A stretch of 64,000 nt of DNA from Candidatus Magasanikbacteria bacterium CG10_big_fil_rev_8_21_14_0_10_36_32 (GTDB lineage: Bacteria; Patescibacteriota; Patescibacteriia; Magasanikbacterales; GWA2-37-8), in assembly GCA_002778465.1 (NCBI GenBank), contig PFBV01000005.1, positions 7,534-71,533 of the forward strand, given 5' to 3'. The position numbers and the translations under genes are program-made. Positions 49,236 through 58,266 of the stretch are shown here, in pieces (within the stretch, counting starts at the first letter, position 1; each line of letters begins with the position of its first letter). The notes under the pieces are model-generated. The model was given only the letters and a program-made list of their open reading frames with translations, made no database searches and was not told the DNA's origin.

Positions 49236-50195
49236 ATGGACAACAGAACGTTTAAACAAATTTGTCTTATTGCCGGCATTACATTGGTCGGCTCCATGCT
49301 TGTGGTGTTGTTGTGTATGGTGGCTTTTATGGCTGGTTCTATGAATAATCGCTTGGTTGTTCAACAGCCAATTTATGGCTACGCGCCTCCGCCGTCGATT
49401 TCCGAATCAGAGGAATCGCTTGCGCAGTTGGAAAATGACGCAATCAATGCTACTGCCTTGCTATATTTTGAAAACAAATCCGGCGGAATGGATTTTTATT
49501 GTACCGCCACCGCTTTTGAGAGGGTGGGTCATTACTATAAATTTCTTACCGCCGCGCATTGTGTTTCCAGTGACGATACTGTCAATAAAATGGTTCGTAT
49601 TAAGCCGGGGAAATGGTATATCAATTTTGATATGCCTAACAATAATGAATTTCATAGAGCGAACGTACTCGCTGCCGGTTATATGTCAGACGGAGATGAT
49701 GTAGCGGTATTGGGGGCTTATCTGGATGATTTTAACCCGATTATTAATTTGTCTCAGGAAGACGCTGTAATCGGTGAACGCATAATTAATATTGCTGGTC
49801 CGCGTGACCTTGGAAAGCAGCTTATTCGGGGTAATATCAGCCAAGTAACTCCTGGGAGAGGTTCGTTTTTGAGTGATAGAATAATGATTCAGATTCATAG
49901 CGGTGGTGGTTCGTCCGGTTCGGCGATTATTAGCCAGAATAAGAAAGCAATTGTTGGTGTATTGGTAGCTGGTTTCGGTGGTTTTTTTCAAATGGAACCG
50001 TTTTACGATGTAACTGTAGCTGTTCCTATTGGAAAGTTTCATCGTTTTTGGGCAGCTATCAAAGCGAATAATTATGAACATTTTAATTTTGAAAGTTATG
50101 AGCCGACAAATCAGCTTTCAAAGGATATGGACACTCCGGTTGATTCCGACACTGGAACAGATGCTGGAGTTGATTGTTCTAATTCGGACAAATAA
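49236..50195 (+). CDS. Trypsin-like peptidase paralog 4, membrane-anchored
   Basis: TAAHC, DDVAVL, GGGSSGSA. Confidence 0.87.
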   Translation: MDNRTFKQICLIAGITLVGSMLVVLLCMVAFMAGSMNNRLVVQQPIYGYAPPPSISESEESLAQLENDAINATALLYFENKSGGMDFYCTATAFERVGHYYKFLTAAHCVSSDDTVNKMVRIKPGKWYINFDMPNNNEFHRANVLAAGYMSDGDDVAVLGAYLDDFNPIINLSQEDAVIGERIINIAGPRDLGKQLIRGNISQVTPGRGSFLSDRIMIQIHSGGGSSGSAIISQNKKAIVGVLVAGFGGFFQMEPFYDVTVAVPIGKFHRFWAAIKANNYEHFNFESYEPTNQLSKDMDTPVDSDTGTDAGVDCSNSDK

Positions 50196-50225
50196 ATCCA
50201 TTGATTTTGTTTCTTAATTAACTTA

Positions 50226-50276
50226 GTTCTTTTATGTCTTATCCTCCTAACTTTGGTTAGGAGGATATTTTTTTTA
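50226..50276 (+). terminator. Box + intrinsic terminator
   Basis: GTTCTTTTA, then TATCCTCCTAAC-tttg-GTTAGGAGGATA and a T-run. Confidence 0.8.
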
Positions 50277-50327
50277 ATTTGTCAAAAGCGAGCCATAATG
50301 CTAAGATATATAATAAAAATAGAAATT

Positions 50328-51281
50328 ATGACTAAAATTATCAAACCGATAAAATTAAAAAAAGGTGATACAGTTGGAATAATCGCTCCATCAGAGCCTA
50401 TTATTTATAAACAAAAGTTCAGACGCGGTGTTCAGGAATTAAAAAAGTTGGGACTAAAAGTTGTTTTTAGTAAAAATATTTTTAAGCGTTATGGCGGATA
50501 TATGGCGGGAACACCAGAAGACCGACTTGATGATTTACATAGCATGTTTAAAAACAAAAAAATCAAGGCTATTTTTGCCGCGCGAGGTGGATTTTGTTGT
50601 AATCAACTTTTGTCTTTGATTGATTGGAAATTAATTAAAAAAAATCCAAAAATAATTTTTGGTTATTCTGATGTTACTGTTTTACTTAATGCTATTTATC
50701 AAAAAACAGGATTAGTAACTTTTCATGGTCCTAATGTTGAGTTGTCCATATCCCAATGGGGACATTATACAAAAAAATATTTTTCTAAAGCCGTTTTTTC
50801 AGATGATATAGTTGGTAAAATTATTCAGTTAACTAAGTGGAAAATATTAAAAAAAGGCAAAGCGTCTGGTCGTCTAATTGGTGGAAATTTAAGTGTTTTA
50901 AGAACCTTATTAAATACACCTTACAATCCTAATTGGAAAAACACTATTTTATTTTGGGAAGATACGGGAATAACTTGTGAAGATTTAGATCATTTTTTGA
51001 CCCATTTGAAATTAGCAGGAGTTTTTGATAAAATTTCAGGTATGATTATCGGAAAAAATAATAAATTAAACAAAATAGAGGAAAAGTCTGATTTAAACAA
51101 ACTGTTATTTTTGTCACCAGAAAAAATAATTTTAGAAATTACTAAAAAGTACAAGTTTCCCATTATTAGTGACGTTGATTTTGGACATAGTGGTGAACAA
51201 ATTACAATTCCAGTGGGTGTTAAGGCAACTATTGATACTTCCAAAAAATTGTTTTCTATAGACGAAAATGCAGTTAACTAG
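50328..51281 (+). CDS. LD-carboxypeptidase (S66, LdcA/MccF family)
   Basis: ARGG, GYSD, GGNL, WED and FGH catalytic motifs. Confidence 0.9.
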   Translation: MTKIIKPIKLKKGDTVGIIAPSEPIIYKQKFRRGVQELKKLGLKVVFSKNIFKRYGGYMAGTPEDRLDDLHSMFKNKKIKAIFAARGGFCCNQLLSLIDWKLIKKNPKIIFGYSDVTVLLNAIYQKTGLVTFHGPNVELSISQWGHYTKKYFSKAVFSDDIVGKIIQLTKWKILKKGKASGRLIGGNLSVLRTLLNTPYNPNWKNTILFWEDTGITCEDLDHFLTHLKLAGVFDKISGMIIGKNNKLNKIEEKSDLNKLLFLSPEKIILEITKKYKFPIISDVDFGHSGEQITIPVGVKATIDTSKKLFSIDENAVN

Positions 51282-51284
51282 TTT

Positions 51285-52199
51285 ATGAAATTAAAATTTT
51301 TATTACTAGTTATTTATCTTTCTGTTTTTGGTGGCGCTATTGGCGTATTTGCCAAGGTAGCTTTACCGGCTTTTTCGCCAATGGTAATGATTTTTTATAG
51401 AGTTCTTATTTCAGTGGTTATTTTTACTGCTGTTTTTATTTATCAAAAAAAATTATTATCCGCCTTTAAAGTTATTTTCAGGCATTGGGGCAAGTTTATT
51501 ATTTTGTCATTGTCCTGTGTCGGTTTGGCAATGGTGGTAGGTTTTTTAGGTTTGCGTTATACCACCGCCATTAATTACGGTTTGATTTATAATCTTAGCC
51601 CGATTTTCATAATATTTTTTGCCCGTTTGCTGTTAAAGGAAAAAATGGGGCGGTTTGATCCGATTTTTATTCTGATGGCTTTTTTAGGCGTGGCGGTTAT
51701 CGTCACCAATGGAAAGTTTGCCATTAATATTCTGGAACCGCATTTTTTTGGCGATTTTTTGGTTTTGATTTCCGCTTTGGGCTGGGCGCTTTATTCAGTT
51801 CTGGGAACTAGATTTTCCCGTGTTGCTTCGGAATTTGATTCCTTAACCATAAATTTCGGGTCGCTTTTGATTGGTGTGATTTTTTTGTCGCCGATTGTGT
51901 TTTTTGGAATGCCGGACGGCGGAATTACCATGTCCGCTCTAAGTATTAAAACTGTTTTAAATCTTTTGGGTTTGGCTGTTTTATCCACCGCTTTTCTTTT
52001 TTTCCTCTGGTTCAAGTTCATTAAGGAAAAAGGAGGAACTTGGGCGTCGCTGGTCGCTTTTTCGGAAAATCTGAGCGGAGTGCTTCTGCCGGTTATTTTT
52101 TTGGGAGAAAAATTGACCCCGGCGGTTTTGACCGGAGGCGCGCTGATTGTTTTGGCGGTGGTGGGGAAAGAATTGTTCGATCGCAAACCGACGGCGTAA
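51285..52199 (+). CDS. DMT/EamA-family transporter
   Basis: About ten TM helices in two repeats; LLLKEK, GDFLVLISALGWALY, FLGEKLT. Confidence 0.88.
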   Translation: MKLKFLLLVIYLSVFGGAIGVFAKVALPAFSPMVMIFYRVLISVVIFTAVFIYQKKLLSAFKVIFRHWGKFIILSLSCVGLAMVVGFLGLRYTTAINYGLIYNLSPIFIIFFARLLLKEKMGRFDPIFILMAFLGVAVIVTNGKFAINILEPHFFGDFLVLISALGWALYSVLGTRFSRVASEFDSLTINFGSLLIGVIFLSPIVFFGMPDGGITMSALSIKTVLNLLGLAVLSTAFLFFLWFKFIKEKGGTWASLVAFSENLSGVLLPVIFLGEKLTPAVLTGGALIVLAVVGKELFDRKPTA

Positions 52200-52306
52200 T
52201 TTTATTTTAAATTAAAAAACATTCCAGGAGTTGGGATGTTTTTTTGTTCCGAGACTAGGATTTTTACCCTCTCACCAATTTTAGAGTGTTGTACTTTTCG
52301 GCAAGG

Positions 52307-52377
52307 TTCCGAGACTAGGATTCGAACCTAGATAACGAGATTCAGAGTCTCGTGTCCTACCATTAGACGATCTCGGA
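52307..52377 (-). tRNA. tRNA-Gln (anticodon CTG)
   Basis: TCCGAGA acceptor stem, CGAGA-ctCTGaa-TCTCG anticodon arm, GGTTCGAATCC T-arm; CCA is not encoded. Confidence 0.95.
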
Positions 52378-52435
52378 ACTCTGACGAAAAGTAAAATTGT
52401 AATTTTATATAAATTGGTGAGGGGGCGGGCCTAGA

Positions 52436-52455
52436 CCTGCCTGCCGGCAGGCAGG
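52436..52455. repeat. REP-like perfect palindrome CCTGCCTGCCGGCAGGCAGG
   Basis: Clean insertion relative to the intact tRNA copy. Confidence 0.8.
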
Positions 52456-52506
52456 TAACGAGATTCAGAGTCTCGTGTCCTACCATTAGACGATCTCGGA
52501 GTTTAA

Positions 52507-53352
52507 TTATTGCCAAATTGGTTCGCCCGAAGTCAAAGTGTTCAACAGTTCTTTGTTGACTATTTTTACATTTGCCCATTTCCACCCGCGTTTTTTGAAA
52601 ATGTCAGGGTGGGCGATATACTGTTTTTGCGTTTTGGAAATCAGATAAATACGTTTACCGTTTTGTACTTTAACCAGAGTTTTTGGTTCTGTAAAGAGAA
52701 CACGAGCCGGGCCATTGGCTTGGCCAGTAATGCGGTCAAAATCATGTAATGTTTTCAAAATAGTATCATATTTATAGCGAAAGTCAAGCCCTTTAGGATT
52801 GCCAGAATCTTGAACAATAAATTCTTTTTTAGCATCATCAAAACCGCTTATAACCATCATGTGATAGGAAGAACCGTCTTGACGGAATCTTAAAGCGGGA
52901 TTATTCAATTCAAAACCGTAGTGCATTGAGATGACTGGTCGTTTGACCATCAATTCATTTTTTATTTCATCCAGAGTCGGATTTTCCTTAATAGTAGCAG
53001 TGAAAGATAAAAATTTATTTATAAATTGCATTGTTTCTTCGGCATTGGTATCTTTGTTAAAACCGAACAGTTCGTTTTCTAGGGTAAAAATTGGCAGCAT
53101 TAATTTTTTTGCTTCAGCGTTGGTTAATTTATTTTTTCCTTGGTAATATTGATCAATCATGGTTATGGTTGCTTCTTCGCAGGCGTTTTTCCACGGATCA
53201 ATCCATTTTCCATCCGGAACCTCAACAGCAAAAGGAATTTTTAATTTTATAAAAGTTATTTTTTTAGCCGCTAAAGATTTGATTGGATTAGATAAAATAA
53301 AAACCGCCATGAATAGCGGAATTAAAAATATGATAATATTTTTTTTCAACAT
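52507..53352 (-). CDS. Secreted C39-like cysteine peptidase
   Basis: Signal peptide; NACEEA (Cys), YHMMVISGFD (His), QDSG (Asp). Confidence 0.75.
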   Translation of the reverse strand: MLKKNIIIFLIPLFMAVFILSNPIKSLAAKKITFIKLKIPFAVEVPDGKWIDPWKNACEEATITMIDQYYQGKNKLTNAEAKKLMLPIFTLENELFGFNKDTNAEETMQFINKFLSFTATIKENPTLDEIKNELMVKRPVISMHYGFELNNPALRFRQDGSSYHMMVISGFDDAKKEFIVQDSGNPKGLDFRYKYDTILKTLHDFDRITGQANGPARVLFTEPKTLVKVQNGKRIYLISKTQKQYIAHPDIFKKRGWKWANVKIVNKELLNTLTSGEPIWQ

Positions 53353-53356
53353 ATTG

Positions 53357-54940
53357 TTAAGAAACAACTTCTCCGCCGAATTCTGTCGCTAACTCTGTTA
53401 ATACGGGATCGTTGGGAATATCGGTTTCGTTTTGCTGTGTTTGTGGATCAACTTCGCATAAAATTCTCATTTTTTCTTTAAATAATTCTTGCAAACCGTC
53501 TTCAATGGCCATTCTAGATTTTTTTTCTTCAATTTTTTCTTTATGAAATAAATAAGGCACAGTAAAAGTCAAATATTGTCCATCCCAATTTTTCAATTCC
53601 GCCATTTTTAGAACAAAAATTAAAGAATGGTATTCTTCAGATAGTTTATTGATTAATTCAGGCCAGCGATTTTGAATGTCAGCAAAAGAAATCCCAGGTG
53701 ACAACGTGTTTTTACTTTCAATCGGCTTAACAGAATTTTTTTTATGTATGGTTTTTTGTATTGTTGGTGTTTCATGTGTTTCTTTTTTTGTTTCAGATTT
53801 TTTACTGGAAGTTGCCGGTTGTACATCGTTAGAATTAGAAATTGAACCCGTATAGTCTCCACTCAACTCAATTACCATTAGTTCTAGGGGTAATTGAGGA
53901 ATAGGTGATTGTTTCATTTCTAAACGTCGGCGCATGACGGCTTCCATTATGTGAATAATTTCTTCAGTGGAAAATTTTTCAGAAAGTTCTTTAAGTTTTT
54001 TTCTGGCCGAATCATTTAAATCTGAAAAATGCAAATTTTTTTGTCCGAGTTGTGTAATCATAATGGTGCGAAGAGTTTCAATTAAATCCAGAGTAAATTG
54101 TTCCAAGTTTATCCCAGTTATTACCATTTCTCCTATTAATTCAAGAGCTTGTGTCGGATTTTTTTCAACTAGTGTTTCTAAGAAAATTATAATTTGTTCA
54201 ATGTCAGTTGCCGGCAATATTGTTTGAATATCTTTTTCTGTTATTTTTTTTAAATCAAGCGACAAAATCTGTCCAAGCAGGCTTTCGGCGTCGCGCAAGC
54301 AGCCGTCACTTTTTCCAATGATACGTTTAATAACCATTGGGTCAACTTTTATACCTTCTTCTTCGGCAATTGTCTGCATTTTTTTGGTGATTAAATCAGG
54401 AGAAATTTTTTGAAAATTAAATCGTTGGCATCGGGAAATAATAGTAGCTGGAATTTTATGCCATTCAGTGGTGGCCAAAATAAAAATTATATGAGCAGGC
54501 GGTTCCTCCAAAGTTTTAAGCAGAGCATTAAAAGCCGGAGTAGACAGCATGTGCACTTCGTCGATAATAAATATTTTATATTTGGAGTGTGATGGCCGGA
54601 ATTGTGCACTGTCAATGATATTTTCGCGTACGTTATCAACACCAGTATGTGACGCAGCATCTATTTCAATAACATCAATGTTTCTACCCTCGGTAATTTC
54701 TATACACGAAGAACATTTATTACAAGGTTCAAATTTTCTTTCTTTTCGATCCTGACAATTGACGGCCTTGGCGATTAAACGCGCCAAAGTGGTTTTGCCA
54801 ATGCCGCGCGGTCCAGAAAATAAATAAGCATGCGCCATGCGATTGGTGGCGATTTCATTGGTGATGGTTTGTGTTAGATGTTCTTGTCCGAGCAGGTCGG
54901 AAAAAGTTTGTGGACGGTATTTCCTGTAAAGAGTGGACAT
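53357..54940 (-). CDS. dnaX: DNA polymerase III subunit gamma/tau
   Basis: LYRKYRP, GPRGIGKTT, EIDAAS, IIDEVHML and SRCQ motifs. Confidence 0.96.
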   Translation of the reverse strand: MSTLYRKYRPQTFSDLLGQEHLTQTITNEIATNRMAHAYLFSGPRGIGKTTLARLIAKAVNCQDRKERKFEPCNKCSSCIEITEGRNIDVIEIDAASHTGVDNVRENIIDSAQFRPSHSKYKIFIIDEVHMLSTPAFNALLKTLEEPPAHIIFILATTEWHKIPATIISRCQRFNFQKISPDLITKKMQTIAEEEGIKVDPMVIKRIIGKSDGCLRDAESLLGQILSLDLKKITEKDIQTILPATDIEQIIIFLETLVEKNPTQALELIGEMVITGINLEQFTLDLIETLRTIMITQLGQKNLHFSDLNDSARKKLKELSEKFSTEEIIHIMEAVMRRRLEMKQSPIPQLPLELMVIELSGDYTGSISNSNDVQPATSSKKSETKKETHETPTIQKTIHKKNSVKPIESKNTLSPGISFADIQNRWPELINKLSEEYHSLIFVLKMAELKNWDGQYLTFTVPYLFHKEKIEEKKSRMAIEDGLQELFKEKMRILCEVDPQTQQNETDIPNDPVLTELATEFGGEVVS

Positions 54941-54996
54941 AAGTCAAATGTGGGATTATAAAAATCCGTCTTAAACAAAAAGTGTTTTAATTATAC

Positions 54997-57552
54997 TTAC
55001 AAACGTGGCCCGGAGTCAACACCAATTTCTCTTTTACTTGTCGCCCCAAGTTTAGAACGTTCCATAATTTCTTCTTCAACAATTTCTCTCGGGCGGCCAT
55101 ATTTTAAACGGGATAATTCTTTGATTGCCGCTGCCAGTTCGGTATTGCCTTTTTGTGGCGGATAGGGACTAAAATTAAACGGTTTAGCTGCCGTGTTGTC
55201 AATTAATAATTTTAAATAGACAGTGTATTGTTCAATATTGATTAAATCATAAGCTCCAAAAACAGGTGCAAATTCTTTAGCTAATATTTCAGCATCTTCA
55301 GTGCCAATGCGATAAACAGCAATCGTACCGGCATTTCCCAAGACAGCATCACGAACAGTGGATTTTCCTTTATTATCTTCCAGTTGTTTTAAATATTGAT
55401 GGGCAATAGTAAGATTTAATCGGTATTTTCGAGCTTCAGAAAGAATGGTGGCAATAGATTCGGTAATAAAGTTTTGAAATTCGTCTATATATAAGAAAAA
55501 GTCGTGACGTTGGTCTTCAGGAAGAGAAGCTCGTTCCATTGCTGCCATTTGCAGTTTGGAAACAATAATCATGCCCAATAAATTGGAATTAATTTCTCCA
55601 ACCAAACCTTTGGCCAAATTAACTAATAATATTTTTTTCTTATCCATTATTTCACGGAAATTAAAACCGGAATGTGTTTGTCCGACAATATTGCGAACCA
55701 TTGAATTTTCCACAAATCGTCCGACTTTGGAAATTAAATAACCAAGCATTTCCGATTTGTGAAAGTCGGAGGTTTTTGCCATTTCTTGATTCCAAAAATT
55801 TAAAACCACCGGATCTTTAATTTTCTTTTTCCATTCAGTCACAAAAGTATCATCAGTAAACATTCTTGGAATCTCAGCAATGGTACCGGGATTTTCATTG
55901 TCTGACATTAAAGTCAGCATCACATTTCTCATTTGATGTTCAAACATCGGTCCAATCATTGATGGATCGGTGACCAATTTATAAAAAATTGATATCATTT
56001 CTTGATTAATAAAATCTTTTTGATCCTCTGTTTTTGCTTCCAACATATTTAAACCAATCGGTCGTTCTACATCGGACGGATTAAAATAAATCACATCTTC
56101 TGCTCGTTCTTTTGGTACATGCTGTAAAACATACTCAACAAAATCTCCGTGCGGATCTATAACACAAACACCCTCGCCGTTTTGTACATCTTGAACGGCC
56201 AAATTTTGTAATAATACGGTTTTACCGCTGCCTGATTTACCAACCACATAGAAATGACGTCTTCGATCAGCTCTTTTCATTTTTACGATAGTTTCTTCAC
56301 CTCGATAAACAGTTCTCCCAAGAGTAATGCCTTCCCGTGGCATATTTACTGGCGGAGGGGCTTTACGAGCTCCAAGCCAGTTAATATGAGGTGTTTCAGT
56401 TAAAGATGTCGGTAAATGCCAAAAACTGGCCATTTCCTCAGTATTGGTTATCATAGATAAACCGGGTCGCATTGTTCGGTGAATTGATTCACGAATTAAT
56501 GTGTCTGGTTTTTTTGGAATAACTGCACCAAAAGAATTACCGTAACGGTAAATGTTATATTGATTAAATGAGTTTAAGATATTTTCTAAGTTTAATTGAG
56601 CTTTTTCGTTGGAGGATGAAGTACTGACAACACGAATTGTAATTTCCAATCCGCCGTGGCTGATTTTATCTTCCATTCCTTTTAACATTTCTTCTTCCAT
56701 TTGTGTCATTCGGTAAGATTCAGTGGGGGATTGTTCCTTGTTTTGTTTTTTTGGTTTAGACCATTTTTTAAATAAGTTTGATATACCGGTTCGGCGCACT
56801 ACATTTTCAAATTTTTCTCCGGCGCGTATTTCTCTAATTATTCTTACTCCGTCTTTTCGCCATTCGGTTGAAGCCGGACGAACGACGTATTGAATAATAG
56901 CCCCCTCATTTTCTACTAGTTTGCTTAAGGGATTTAATAATCCCACAAGTGGATCACTGTCCATTTGTTTATATGTTTTGAACGGAAAAACTGATTTTTG
57001 TTTGAACCACAGGTAAGCGCCGACTATGTGGCTATCCGGTTTGAAAATATTATAATCGGTTTCTTCGGTAATTTCCGCGTGTGGATACTGAGCGTGGATT
57101 TGTTGAGAAACAAAATCTTTCATTTTATCAGGTACGGCCACATAAAAAGATATTTTACTGTCTCTGACCACCACTTCAAATGAAAAAAGTTCTTTTGGTC
57201 CCAAAAACCATGACATAAATCCTTGTTCGCGCCGCAATCCGGCAAGGGAAGAAAATAAAGTGGCAGCTATGGCAATTTGCTCACGATTTTGACTAACGGT
57301 ATCAGTGCCAGCATTTAAAGTTTCACCTTTTTTTTCTTTTGGTACGCGGATAAGTATGATGGTTTTGTGAAAAGCCTTACTATCAAGATTTTTTATTTGA
57401 AGAATTTTTCTAATCAAATTAAAAACAATAATTAAAGCGGCAACAAAAAGTGGAATCAGTAATAACCAAAGCCAATCCGCGCTTGGTGTTGGAATTGTTG
57501 AGGCGCTTAAAGACATTGTGTCAAGCGGATTGATTGGAAATTGATTTTCCAT
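54997..57552 (-). CDS. VirD4/TraG-like (type IV coupling-type) ATPase
   Basis: N-terminal TM helix; RRRHFYVVGKSGSGKT, VIDPHGD, LYIDEFQNF, SEARKYRL. Confidence 0.85.
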   Translation of the reverse strand: MENQFPINPLDTMSLSASTIPTPSADWLWLLLIPLFVAALIIVFNLIRKILQIKNLDSKAFHKTIILIRVPKEKKGETLNAGTDTVSQNREQIAIAATLFSSLAGLRREQGFMSWFLGPKELFSFEVVVRDSKISFYVAVPDKMKDFVSQQIHAQYPHAEITEETDYNIFKPDSHIVGAYLWFKQKSVFPFKTYKQMDSDPLVGLLNPLSKLVENEGAIIQYVVRPASTEWRKDGVRIIREIRAGEKFENVVRRTGISNLFKKWSKPKKQNKEQSPTESYRMTQMEEEMLKGMEDKISHGGLEITIRVVSTSSSNEKAQLNLENILNSFNQYNIYRYGNSFGAVIPKKPDTLIRESIHRTMRPGLSMITNTEEMASFWHLPTSLTETPHINWLGARKAPPPVNMPREGITLGRTVYRGEETIVKMKRADRRRHFYVVGKSGSGKTVLLQNLAVQDVQNGEGVCVIDPHGDFVEYVLQHVPKERAEDVIYFNPSDVERPIGLNMLEAKTEDQKDFINQEMISIFYKLVTDPSMIGPMFEHQMRNVMLTLMSDNENPGTIAEIPRMFTDDTFVTEWKKKIKDPVVLNFWNQEMAKTSDFHKSEMLGYLISKVGRFVENSMVRNIVGQTHSGFNFREIMDKKKILLVNLAKGLVGEINSNLLGMIIVSKLQMAAMERASLPEDQRHDFFLYIDEFQNFITESIATILSEARKYRLNLTIAHQYLKQLEDNKGKSTVRDAVLGNAGTIAVYRIGTEDAEILAKEFAPVFGAYDLINIEQYTVYLKLLIDNTAAKPFNFSPYPPQKGNTELAAAIKELSRLKYGRPREIVEEEIMERSKLGATSKREIGVDSGPRL

Positions 57553-57553
57553 G

Positions 57554-58075
57554 CTAAAGTTGATTTTTATTTTTTAGACCTATAATGTAATCGGTTTTTA
57601 TTTTTGCCTCTTGTTCAAGAAAAAAACGGTTTACGCCGGGAAGCATATATAACCATTCTAAAATTAATCTAAATATTTTTTTTACTTTAATTTTGGTAGC
57701 GTGCAGCAGTTCGCTTATTTTATCCGCTGTTTCCTCGCCTTTTATTTTAAATTCTTGTTGGGCGATAGGGGAGAGTTTTTCGTATGATTCCCGAATTCCT
57801 TCCTCCATTATTTTTTCCACCTTTAATGCTAATTCGTCTCGGATTATCCGTGTCGGCGGGATAATTTTTTTCTTTTTAAAAGGCAGTTTGGAAAGTAATG
57901 ATTTTTCCTGTGTGGCCGATTTTGTTTCAGGAAATGATTTTTTTTCGTTTGGCTCTGTTTCCTTCTCATTATTGGTTATTTCCGCGGTTGGAATATTCAA
58001 AGAATCCGGCTTTGTTTCAATGGCCGGGTAGCGTTCAATCTCAGGAATTATATTCTCCTGTTTTTTGATATCCAT
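57554..58075 (-). CDS. Hypothetical protein
   Basis: ORF abutting the ATPase, with a well-ordered C-terminus PGVNRFFLEQEAKIKTD. Confidence 0.7.
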   Translation of the reverse strand: MDIKKQENIIPEIERYPAIETKPDSLNIPTAEITNNEKETEPNEKKSFPETKSATQEKSLLSKLPFKKKKIIPPTRIIRDELALKVEKIMEEGIRESYEKLSPIAQQEFKIKGEETADKISELLHATKIKVKKIFRLILEWLYMLPGVNRFFLEQEAKIKTDYIIGLKNKNQL

Positions 58076-58266
58076 AACAATATTAATGATATTATTATAC
58101 CATATTATATGAAATGAGGACAAATGGGTTTTGTGGGCAAAATTATTGAATAAAACCTTGAAATTGAGGGTGTTTTAAATTTTTAATTTTTAAGGTTTAA
58201 GATTATTTTTATTTAATTATTAAAATATGGTATAATAAATTACATTAAAAATTAAAACTTAAAATT

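Larger units (their letters stand above)
52247..52500 (-). pseudogene. Interrupted outer copy of tRNA-Gln(CTG)
   Basis: 5' part at 52500-52430 (with a 20-bp palindrome insert) and 3' part at 52262-52247, both identical to the intact tRNA. Confidence 0.75.

Noticed and set aside
43896-50276. Classical integron cassette array
   Set aside because: No integrase seen. The flanking motifs are GTTCTTT rather than GTTRRRY/RYYYAAC attC sites, and each gene has its own promoter and terminator.
52246-52262. attR of a large tRNA-integrated island
   Set aside because: The duplicated 3' end lies only about 45 bp from the tRNA, and no distant copy was noticed in the window.
52328-52585. 85-aa ORF with an internal repeat (RDRLMVGHETLNLV)
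   Set aside because: It is the translation of the duplicated tRNA and palindrome, not a protein.
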